From Phoronis australis (Eukaryota > Animalia > Phoronida), in NCBI GenBank assembly GCA_002633005.1, contig NMRA01000782.1, positions 85,729 through 149,728 of the forward strand: a DNA stretch of 64,000 bases. The letters are read 5' to 3'. Below, in pieces: positions 14,325-26,200 of this stretch (within the stretch, counting starts at the first letter, position 1; each line of letters starts with the position of its first letter). The translations under genes were made by a program, and so were the position numbers. The notes beneath the pieces are model-generated. The model made no database searches and was not told the DNA's origin. It saw only the letters and a list, made by a program, of their open reading frames with translations.

Positions 14325-17300
14325 CATCTCGAGCTATGCTAGTAAAACACGGCTTGCCTCGCGGGCACTGAAACCGCATTTTACTCGGCTCACACGGGGA
14401 TTTGCACAAACACGCCGTTCAAAATCTTAAAAGTTTTATTTCAAGATGTTTGAAAGAAAGTATGCAAATTGCACATCGAGCTACACATAAACATCTTGGT
14501 AAAAATTCCATTCTTGAAGATAACTTTGTCAGTACTAAATTCATCTGCTTATTGCACAGGTGACAGGTCTCCCGTTTGTGCTGCCACCTATCAGCATGGC
14601 TGACAGCTTAGGCACACATATCAGTGTTACTTCGCGGTTGGTAGCCAATCTCCCCCTCAAAGACCTCATGTGCCGCAAAGATTTTCCCTTTTGTAGGTGA
14701 GGGCCAGTTGACTGATTTCAGGGCGGGAAATCTTTCTCCTTAACTCCGCACAGGCGCCTTTTCAGTTCTCGGTTTTCAAGGCCGAAAAACATTATCATCT
14801 TGGAGTCATTATCTTTGATCTGAGCTGTAGAACAACCAGAACCGCTGAAACTGAGATAGATGTCTTTACGCAAAACATACTTTGCCATTCATCGAGTGGC
14901 GATGACTCCGCGGCCAGTAAAACGTTGGATTGCGACTGCGGTGGTTTCGATTCCGGTTGGGCTACAGGCCAGTAAACCATTTTTTCTCTTTGACAGTGAC
15001 AGTTTACTGCAATTCTTTTCTTACGAACACAAGTTATTTTCTCAGTTCTGTGGTAACTAACTCAATTATTTTTCTCGCACTAACCAGTTTGAACATATCG
15101 TAATAATAGCTTACACCTTCCCATACTGAGTTCATTTATCAGTCAAGAAACGCAAACTAACAGCGTTCAGTCAAAATGCCTGTTCGTCCACTTTAAACAA
15201 TAAATTCATTAATAAATTGCACTTTTTCATCATACCTCAAATTTTAACGTTTCACTATGCCTCATTCCACTCTCGTGATTTCACAGTTAGTACACAAGTC
15301 TATTGTAGCGCCCTGGACGGAGAACTTAGACGGCTCGGAGCTACTCTTACTCGTGATTGTCATAGAAATGACGCCGCCTAACCAAGCAACGAAGGCTGTG
15401 TCTCACAACAAGGGCACATGTAGACTGGTACCCCAATCACAATAATTGTCTTTTACTTCTAATACTAAGTTGATGTCCGCTGGTATCAGCGTGTTTATAA
15501 TCTAACTGCCCTCTTATGCGCAATGTTGTTGCGACACCTATCAGGCTAGCCAACTTTCCAAAAATAATAAGGAATACAATACGTTCAGGAAATTTCATTT
15601 CTGCTCGCAAGAAGCCGTCTGCGAGCTGGAGGATGGATCGAGGCTAACTAGACGTCCTCATGTACGCCATTTTGTTCGAAGAATTTCGGTAAATTTCTTG
15701 GTTTTTTAAACTTAAACTTTTAAACATATCGCGACTGCAAAATGATAGATATTGAGGAAGTAATTTTTTTCTTTTGCTTCTGGTACTATGATACACCATC
15801 AAGAGCTGGTGAGGTGCTTTCTAATGATACGACTCTTATCAGGAATGCATTTTCTTGGTTGAAAAAGGTGGAGTTGCGAAAAGCCTAAGTTACAGTAACG
15901 AAGATTTTTCCCATTGACCTAGTGTCAGCATAAATTGATCATTCTTCCTAGGGACTTGATTTTTGTATAGTATTGAAAGCATGAGGTACTTGATCGATTG
16001 ATCATGTAGAAGTATTTCAACCCCGAAGAAAGGGGGTCCAACGAACCACCCGCCGAAAAGTCCAGCCCCAGCCTATCCGTTGAAGATAGGATACACATGT
16101 AGACGGGCAACAACAAACATTGTTTCAGCTACTCGTACTGCTAACTACAATGATAACTAAATGAGTAATGATTTTGAATTTGCTCACGATTCAAAGCGCT
16201 TCACGTCATCATCGGGCCGTAGGCTTACCTGGCCAACTTCGCCCCAATAGTGTTTGCATACATGTAGATGACAGGACCGTGCAGAAAACGATTTATTTTA
16301 TTTGTCGGCATTGAACGCACGTGGTGGCTCTAGGGTAACAAGGGAGTCTATAATAAATAAATGCTATACCTAGCTAGGCTTTATAGCAGCGATAGAGCTC
16401 CCACACAGTATTGCGGCGTGCATGCCGTAAAATCTGGTAAAAACTTTGATCAACGAAGAAAGTATTCTCTTGTTAATCAGTGTCAATGGTGCACAGCTTT
16501 GCAGACTTCAAACGAGCAATAAACTTCAGTTGATGGAAAAGATTTCCAAGGCTACATGTCACTATTCCGAAGGTTCACTCCGAAAGTCCACTATTCCGAA
16601 GCTTCTCTACCTTCGAAAGTTCACTATACTTCGAATGTCCATAATTGCGAAACTAGAACTCCCCGACAATTCATTACTCTGATTGTCTGCTAATGAGTCG
16701 GAACTGAAACGAATAAAGTATTGTATTTGTGTCCATTTAGTAACCAAATACAGGGTGCAAGAGTTAAATAGTTAATATATAGATTACAAATGAGCTCAGT
16801 TCCAATCACTGTCAGTTGTGATTCTTGAAGTTAACTAACGGCTCATTCTCAAGCAGGAACAAGACCTGGGAGACGGGTCAGGGCTGCGGCAACCAACGGC
16901 GGTATTAAATTTAAGAAGACTGAATGGGAATCTCTGTTTTCGTGAAGACTGGCAGGGATAGTGTAGCCTTCTAACTACATTTGGTTTCGACCCGGTCGAG
17001 GGCGTGGTTCTGGTGGGTGAGGTTAAGGCGCAGCGGCCCTAATTTTTTCAGTCGCCGCACTGTGAAAGGCTGCGATCTTGACATGGATTTAATTAATGTA
17101 TCGTGGTTGAGAATTCCTACTTCATATTCATTTAAAATGGAAGACTGTACTCATTTTCCGTATTCGTCAGACCTGTGAGTAATTATGCAAGCAACATGAA
17201 ATCCAAACAAAGTGTTTTAGTACTTGGGCATTGTCTTCGGTATAGTTACACCACTCGTGCGTCTAATAACCGAAGTATCGTTCATTTTTGCATATGAAAT

Positions 17301-17851
17301 TGTAAAAACAACACCCGAGTCCGAAATTTTCGATATTTTTGGAGTAGTGAACCTTCGAAGTAGTGAACTTGGGCTGTTCCCATTTCCGCGATGTAAGCAA
17401 CTTAAGTAACACGCAAAAATACAAGCAGATAACAAATTTCTTCACTTCATTCTCTGACTAAATATTTCCGTCTGAGTATGTAATGAGGTGTATTCAATCA
17501 TTTAAGCACGATTGGTTTCAAATTGAAAGTTTGGCAGGAGGAAACGCGAGAATGTTCTCTTTTTGCACCACCTTACATCCGAATTTGAGTCCCGTTCTTT
17601 GCGAGCAACCGTTACGGCATCATCATTTCAGGGTGTCTAATTTCAAGGACATGGAGCTGACAGTCATCGTCCCTTCACGCTAACTGAGCTGCGTCAAGGG
17701 TATAACTGAAAACTCTAAAGTGTCGACGTTTGCAAAATATCAAGTAATGGTGTTAAAGATCGGCCATCACGTGTGATTGCTGTATTTTTGCTTATGTCAT
17801 TGAACACAAGATCAAAACACCTGGAAAAATGATGTGAGCAGGTTTTCAAGT

Positions 17852-19213
17852 AAACAAGAGCAACACACAGCGTTGCAATTCCCCCACGAATGCACCGCAA
17901 ACGGTGCGCTTACTGAGGTGTTTATTTCTACCATAAAAATGGCCACTAGATGGCGAAAAATTCGTTGAATCCATCCGAAAACGGAAACGTGTCGTTGCTT
18001 CTTTAATAGCTATTTACCACAGTTCATAAAAATCCGTCAAGGAACTTCAGAGAAACTGAGAAAAACGGAAAAAAATGAAATTGCCACTAGGGGGCACAGC
18101 GTTGGTCTAATCCATCTGAAAGTCATTCTCCGCTGTCAACTTCATATAAATACACTAACTTGCTAAATTTCATAAAGATCCTGCAGTGGGGTTAGAAGAT
18201 ACAGCCACAACAGAAAAAACCCACCACAAGGAGGCACCACAGTAGGCGTAGTCATCAGAAAATCATACTTGAGGTCCTCTTCACACTAAGAACATTATTA
18301 TTATAATTATGTTAATTTTCATAAACATCCTTAGACTGGTTTGGTTGATAGAGGGGCCGACACCAAAAACAGACTAGAAAACAGTAACTAGAAAACAAGT
18401 AAAAATAGCCAGGCGATTAGATGGCGTAAAATAAGTGGAATCCATTTGAAAATAGGACATGTCACTGTTTCTTTAATAGAAAGCTATTAACATGTACCAA
18501 ATTTCATAAAAAACAATCAAGGAACTTCGGGGAAACAGAGGAAAACCGAAAAAAATGAAATTGCCAGTAAGGGGCAGAGTGTTCGTTGGATACGTCTGAA
18601 AGTCGTCCTCGTCTGTTGGCAACTTCATATAAATACACTTGCTAAATTTAATAAAAATCCTGCAGTGGGTTTAGGAGACAGGGCTATGGGCGCAAAAAGA
18701 ACAAAACTGCCACTAGGAGATGCCACAGTAGTCAAAGCCGTTGGAAAATCATCATCGACTGTCTTCTTCATACTAACAACATATATCCCAATTTTTACAA
18801 ACCTACCTAAAAGTGGTTTGGTTGAGAGGGGCGGATGCCCAAAAATAGACTTGAAAACAGTAAAATGACCACTACATGTAAGTGGTGTAAAACACCTCAA
18901 ATCCATCCAAAAACTGGAGAATAGCGTAATCTCACTAACTGAGGCCTATCTAAAAATTGCTAAGGACCTTTGAAGATACAGAGGTAAACGTAAAAAGCTA
19001 AAATTGCCACTAAGGGGCACACCGGTTGTCATGTATGTCCGAAATTTGTCCTCATCTCTTGTCAGCTTCATAGGAACACATGTGACAAATCTCATCAAGA
19101 TCCTGTGAAGGGTTTTGGTGATACAGCTGCGGACGCTGGACACCGGACGATGGACGCCCAGACAGAGATGACTGCAATATGCACCCACATTATACATAAG
19201 TGGGCGTATAAAA
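17852..19213 (+). mobile_element. Non-autonomous Helentron-like (HINE/DINE-type) element with internal satellite array
   Basis: AAACAAGAGC start, ~150-bp diverged tandem units in ~460-bp trimers, GGAC-type microsatellite near 19130-19160, and terminal hairpin ATATGCACCCAC...GTGGGCGTATA-AAA. Confidence 0.65.
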
Positions 19214-19792
19214 AGATCGCACCAAAACTGAATGTTTTTGGCAGTGCTTGGATTGAAATGGGATGTTGTAAAGCTTTATCTCTGATCAACTTGTTTTGCA
19301 AAGAACTATGAGGTCAAATTTGCTGCTACTCTGTCAAGACAAATTTTGTGGAATCCAGAAGTTCTGATACAACACACTGCAGGTAGAAAACTTTTTGGTT
19401 TGCAAAAATGTTATGTATTTCTTTAACAATAGGGAGAGGAACTGTTACCAACTGACATTGCCAAATAACAATATCATGGTACTGTATACAGTCATAGTCC
19501 ATGACAAAAAAGTGACTATGGACTTAAGTCTGATACATTGCTGGTTTTCAATTTTTGTTACACCTTTGTTATCAACAATTTGCATATAAAAATATGTTAA
19601 ATAACTGGTCTTAAATCAACAATACAATGGGGAACATTAGAGTAGCACAGGTCAAATCATTACCAATCCACACTCACTCTCTCAAAAATTGAAAGTACGC
19701 TGAACACGAACTGGTTTGATGAGGTAAACACTGAGAAATTGTAGCACTTGACAATCTAACCTCTACAACTGTGGGGTTTAAGTTATCTAGGC

Positions 19793-19880
19793 AAAAGGTA
19801 TCCCAGAATATAAAGGTATCCCAGAATATAAAGGTATCCCAGAATATAAAGGTATCCCAGAATGCAAAGTTATCCCAGAA
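19793..19880 (+). repeat. 18-bp minisatellite (AAAGGTATCCCAGAATAT), ~5 copies, just 3' of the DARS1 stop
   Basis: Direct reading. Confidence 0.9.
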
Positions 19881-20200
19881 TGTAACCACAATGGATGGGA
19901 TGATACAGCAGGAATTGCACAGTAATTGCTGGTTCTCTGACATTGCTAAAGGCAACTAAACATGATTGAGGATGCTAACTTTATGACAGCCACTAGCTGT
20001 TTTAGAAACACAATAATACATTTTAGCTAACCATGAGTATCCCAGGCCAAATCCAAACTAACAGGTTTGTTTATAAATGACAAGTTCAACGCAAAAGTCG
20101 TCGAAATATTATTCGTGAAGGCTTAATAAATACACGCACATCACGTGAGAGTTTGATGTCCATCTATAATGCACGCGGCAGACGAACCAATCGCAGACGT

Positions 20201-20292
20201 TTATGGAGTGAGCCGCTTCGGATCACGGGGAAACATGGAGGTCAAACGGACATTATGAAGCCCCAGGTAGAACATGGTCACTCGTTCACAAC
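20201..20292 (-). CDS. DARS1: DARS1 last coding exon 15 ([30 protein letters not shown])
   Basis: ttgcag acceptor and TAA stop at 20203-20201. Canonical AspRS C-terminus. Confidence 0.97.
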
Positions 20293-23200
20293 CTGCAATA
20301 TAACATGACAGCTGTCAAAGACATGATGATACAAGAAGCAGGTGTAGAACATAGAGGTCATCATTGGCATTAAACACAGGTTCAACATAAAACAGCAAGC
20401 TTTTACTGTTTCAGCAGTGATAGTCTACTCATCCTCTACCCCAACCATGCAATGACTTGCCCTTGAACAAGTTACTCTTGGAACGGATTGCCACTAGGTT
20501 CAGTAGAAGTGGACGCTATTTTACGCTGGGGTAACCAGACACAGGTATGACAATTTACCCCACCTTATGGAGGTAGGATTAACTTGTTCTAGGGTAACGT
20601 GGCCTAGCATAAGTCGCAGTGTGGGTGCAAACTTGCAGACAAGAAGGAAGTAGTAAGCAACTGTGAGCTTGCTCTGTTGCGTTGCGTCGACACGGTGTTG
20701 AATGTGAAGTGTGAACAAGAGGATGAATGGGGGCAAGTTGCAATATGGGTACATGGTAACATAACTGAGTATTCCTAGGTCTATTGTAGACAGAGAATAA
20801 TTGTCTCCACGGAAAATAAATGTTAGATAGGAATGGGAACCATATGCTGATGTGTTCCATGACTCATAATCAGGTGATAAGTTGCACTGTGACCAAAGCA
20901 CAGCTGATACACGAAACATGGCTTCCTTGCTATCCTTTTCATTTTTCAATTGAGAACGGAAACACAATGAATTTTTCATATTTGTGCTTCTCGAGTTTAT
21001 GCCTTTGCTTATTTATTACATAAAGTAATGCGTACTTCCTGTAACCAACACAGAAGTACTTTGTAAGAGCGGCCATGTTGGAATGGGTTCGCTACGTGTG
21101 CTAAAGGTACAATCTATTACCTAAAGATTCCTGGAACTGCATTCACATCAAATGCAACACCAAATTACAGTGAAATAAGTTCGAGACGGTTTAGGACTGT
21201 TCCAGTAAAAACCGTGTGGGAGGGGGGGACGGCAGTAGAAATAAAAATAAATGGGTGGTTGTCTTCAGAAAAAAATACAGATTATGGGTGGTCGTTCCTG
21301 TAAGAAGTGATGCATTAAAAATGAGTGGTATTTTTTTGACCTGTTAATGTTGACAGGTTGGTTACTTCAGCCGTCAAAACTCAAACAAATGCATATATCC
21401 TAACTTATCCCAATACAAAAAGCCCATATTGCCAGTGAACTGAGTGCAATATGTTCACTAAGCCATTAATCAAGTCATGGGCAACTTGATTTGAGCCAAC
21501 TGTATGTTTGCAGTCCTATATTGAATTGAAAAGTTATGCAACACTAAACTGGTGTTAACACATATAAGAAAATTGATGATTTTTAAATAAAAAGTATGAG
21601 GAGTAAGATAAACAAGTTCCAATATTCACTTCACATAGAAGTATAAAAGAATTCGTGGAGACAGTTTGAGATTCATAGATCCTTATAAATGAAAAAATGT
21701 TCATTGAAATTATAGACACATGGTGAACAGAGACACCTGGTGGCTGCCAAAAGTATTGCTCACAGGCTACTTTAGTTTTTGACAATATTGGACAAGACAA
21801 CTAGTTCTTGTCTGTCAATCATCTATTAAGTTCTTAACAGGTCCTCCTGGAGGCAATTTGTTTGCAAGTGTTGGATTTTATATTTTAACCTATTAAAAAT
21901 AATTAAAAAATTATGGGTCATGGGTTGGAGAAATAAATGAAAAATATGGGCGGTGGGTACGAAATAAAAGTGCCTTACCCCCCTCCCACACAGATTTTGC
22001 TGGAACAGCCCTTAACACATCAAAAATACAGCCTATGAACTCCAATAGGGACATTATTCAAAAGTTTTCAAAATAAACAAGGCAAGGTCGATATTTTACA
22101 AAGTTTCAACGCACGACAACACAACTAAACATTCAGTTGTCTTCAACCACAACCTGTTACAGTTCTGGCTTAATCTCAACTTGTAACAAATTGCTCCATT
22201 TACTTTTTGTAACAGGCCACAACTTATGTTCCAAGTGAGTCCATTCATTAATAAACAAATAGGGACAGATGGCAATGACTTTTCGTTGAACTCTATATTT
22301 AGACAACACCGAGCAACGCAGAACATTGAAATGCACCCACGAATGCACCGCAAAGGGTGTGCTTCTGTGGGTGTTTATTTGTACCGTACCACAAAAGTGG
22401 CCACTAGATGGTGCAAAATACGTCGAATCCATTCAAAAACTGGTTTATGTCATCATAGCTTTTACCAAATTTCATAAAAATCCATCAAGGAACATCTGAG
22501 AAACTGAAGAAAACAAAAAAGTGGAGTTGCCACTAGGAGGCTATGGGCATCAAAATCATAACTGCCACTAGGAGGCACTACAGTAGTTGAAGTCATCAGA
22601 TTATCATCGTTAACTGTCCTCTTCACACTAAGAACATATATGTCAATTTTCACAATCATCCTTAGAGTGAGAGTTGTTGGTTGATAGAGGGGCGGTTGCC
22701 AAAACAAACTAAAAAGAGTAAAAATGACCACTAGATGGCAAAAAACATGTTGAATGCATCCGAAAACAGGAGCATGTCATCATTTTAATAGAAACTATTT
22801 ACCAAATTTCAAAAAAAATCCGATAAACAGCTCCAGATAAACAGGAAAACAGAAAAAATGAAGTTGCCACTAGGGGCACAGTGTTCATTGGATTTGTCTG
22901 AAAGTCGTCACCGTTTGTTGTCAACGTCATATAAATACAATTTCTAAATTTAAAAAGATCCTGCAGAGGGTTTAGGAGATACAATCATTGACGTAAAAAT
23001 GTCACTAGGAGGCGCCACAGTAGTCAAGGTCCTCGTAAAATCATTATCGGCCCTCCTCTTCACATTAGGAACATACATGCCAACTTTGGCCTAGAGTGGT
23101 TTGGTTGACAGAGGGGCAGACACCAAAAAAAAAACAAATTCGAAAATAGTAAAAATGGCCAATAGGTGATGCAAAGAACTTCGAATCCATCCCAAAACAG

Positions 23201-26200
23201 AGGATAAAGTCAGACATCCATTAGTAAAACTGCCAATTTTTTTTTGAAAATCCATCGAGGACCTCTGTAGACACAGAGGTGAATGTAAATAAAAATAAAA
23301 TTGGCACTAAGGGGCACACTGTCTCGTACTCGGAGAGGTCCAAAATTCATCGTCATCCGTTGTCAGCTTCATAGGAACACATCTGCCAAACCTCATCAAG
23401 ATCCTGTGAGGGGCTTAGGAGATATATCTGCAGATAACCATAGACCCTGACAGAGATGTGGGTGTATAAAAATGCTTTTCTAATGGGCCAGAAGTTTAAC
23501 TGAACTGCCAAACACCGGTAAGAATTTTGCGTACAATTTGGCAGAGCCTCACAAGGTTCTCTGGAAAAGTCTATCTAGTTCCTTTACAAAACTACTGTCG
23601 CTTATACCTAGAATGTCAACTTCGCCCATTTCAGAACTTGGAACTGTTTCGTTTAAGAAATGCAAAAGCAAAACAATTGCTGGCACTGAAATACTACATG
23701 TCCCAACGTAATAGCAATAGTACTTGTTAGGCTGGATGTGCACACATAATATCACTTTAAAGACAGTAAGTATCACATATAAAAACTTGTCGCTCACCTA
23801 TACCCCCGCCAGCATGGGGTGGCGCCCCGTATCGGAACGAATCGATGTATGCTTTAATCTTCTCCAGATCTGAAGAACAAAACACAACATTCATCATATA
23901 TGGGCTTCCATGGCACGATCATGCAATCTGCAAAATTCATGGCCTTGTACCACAAACCCTGGTATAAGCCCACGTGATTTGAAAACATTCATGTTTCAAC
24001 TACGGGTGTCTAAAAATATGCGCCAAAGGAATCTCTTTGACGAGGCTGCAACAAGTCACAAGAGAGAATTATGGAGAGATTGATTTGTCAAGGTTTGGGA
24101 GGTAAGAGTGTGTGGGCTTATACCTGAACTGTAGTAGTGATATGTGAGACACATTGAGAGTGGGCTTAAACCAGAAAATGTGGTTTACCTCAGAATAACC
24201 CAAAAGTGAGGGTGAGCTTATACCAAAGGATTGGTGTATATACGATGCTCTAAGACTTGACCACTGATGCGTGTCAGTGAGTGTACGTGTAAAATACCTG
24301 TAGCACTTCCATGTTTGCCACAACCCATTTTGGCTCTTCAGTGCGTTGAGGTTTGAATTTTGCCTCGACGAGTTTGGCTTACCGTATTCACTCTAATAAG
24401 CACCCATGCCCCTATAAGCACCCCCCCACGCATTTTCAGACTTCGCTAAAATGAGCTTCCAGTCCATGAACACTGTTTACATGCAAAAATGCCTTACCTA
24501 CAGTTCTAAAATTCTATTTATCAATAAAATGCAACTCCTGAAAAGATCATTGTGTTCGGAATTTGTAGACCATGAGACTCGCTGGTATGTCGGTATTTAG
24601 CCATGACTAAACACTTCAAACTTCCTCCGTGCTTCAAAAAGAACGCAAGTTTTGCTGATCTTGCGAGAGACGTGTCCTATTATGATCTCGCCTTTCAGAG
24701 CAGACGAAGCGTAGGTGTCAAGGGGATTGTATTGTATCTTTCCCTCAACAGGAACACAAATCTGTTCAGTTGTACACGTCAAAACTGTGTTGAAGACTGG
24801 TTGTAGGGTGAATGTGTTGAAGACTGGTTGTAGGGTGAATGTGTTGAAGACTGGTTGTAGGGTGAATGTGCTGAAGGCTGGTTGTAGGGTGAGTGTGTTG
24901 AAGGCTGGTTGTAGGGTGAATGTGTTGAAGACACATTGTGCAATGTATGATTGACCTAGTTTCCATAAATTAGGGCTGCTAACACAGTTATGGTGAACGA
25001 TATTCCATGGGGCCTCAATCCCATTTTCAAGTTTCTATGTCAACATTGCAACTCACTATGCCGCAGTAAAACTTGTTTAGCAACAGAACCACAAACGACA
25101 AACTGACTTTGATGTATTTATGGTCATCAGTAGAGCTGCACTGTACACTTGTGGGGCAAGTGACCCACTGAGGGGCAGCAATGTGGGTGAAGACAACGCA
25201 TTCAGAGTGGGCGCAGTAGTACTCCAGGAAATGTCTATTGACAAGCCAAAAGTCTTGATGGCCAGGCAGGAGTCTAATTCATCACCAGTAGTCTGACGTC
25301 ATGTCCGAAAACGAAGAGGAATTTACAGAAAAGTTAGTAAGGAGGCTGGGCCATTCGGTGATTAGAATTTTGCCACCTAAATAGTTATTATCAGCACAAT
25401 TCCATTTGTGACCAATGTACAATGATCAGAGAACATTTTGATCGACTGTGAAAAAATGTTCATCCTAGTATAGCTTTCAGAGCTTGTATCAAATTTTCTC
25501 CTATCTTTTACTCTGACTGAGAAAATTGCCTCTAAAGGGGTGTGACGGATGTACGCAGAGAATTAGAATTTTTAAAAAATAAAATTTTAATGTTAATTTT
25601 ATGTGACTTGCATTAAGGAAGTTTTGCTTTATATGATGATGTTAGTAGTGGAATGTTTGCAAAGTACAACACACTAATTTTTAGATGGTATCTTCTAAGA
25701 AATTTTTGTCAGACAGCTCGATGTAAGTTGAGATAGTGAGAATTTCTAGTATTAAACTGTTTGTTGTGACTAAGATATCAATTCAGAATGACTCAAACGT
25801 TTGCAGTATTTACGCTATATAAGTCTTTTACTAATTCAAGGTTTTTTAAGTTAAAACATACCGACTGACCTTTTGCACGAAATCGTCACAGGTCGGGCTA
25901 TCCTAGGAATATACTCTAGGATTTTTACTTTTCAATAAATTTAACAACTAATAAGTAGACGTGACTCTAAAAAATTATAATCATTTTTAAATAAAGTTTA
26001 AAACTGACAGTACTAGTCACTGTCGTAAAAACGCATTTTAATTCTTTTTTAAATTAGCACTCGCCGTAAGTCTGTACAAAACTATTCTCCGGACTATGCC
26101 ATTGATGGTTCTGATGCATGCCCGTGTAAGTAATAATGGTGATGTTTTAAAAGTATTAGTAACAGGATTTCAGCATCTTCTTAAACTAAGTGTGAAGCAT

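Noticed and set aside
1-17800. Many short ORFs (e.g. 5699..6004, 10090..10359, 11733..11993) and coding-looking stretches at ~200-1250, 5500-6350 and 9560-10400
   Set aside because: No recognisable protein motifs or consistent splice chain. Probably decayed TE sequence; a translated search is needed.
20521-20979. 152-aa minus-strand ORF in the last DARS1 intron
   Set aside because: No motif recognised, and the DARS1 frame is complete without it.
24786-24931. Regular 27-bp and 55-bp (30804) repeats as a CRISPR-like array or repeat protein
   Set aside because: Head-to-tail units with no unique spacers, in eukaryotic intron context.
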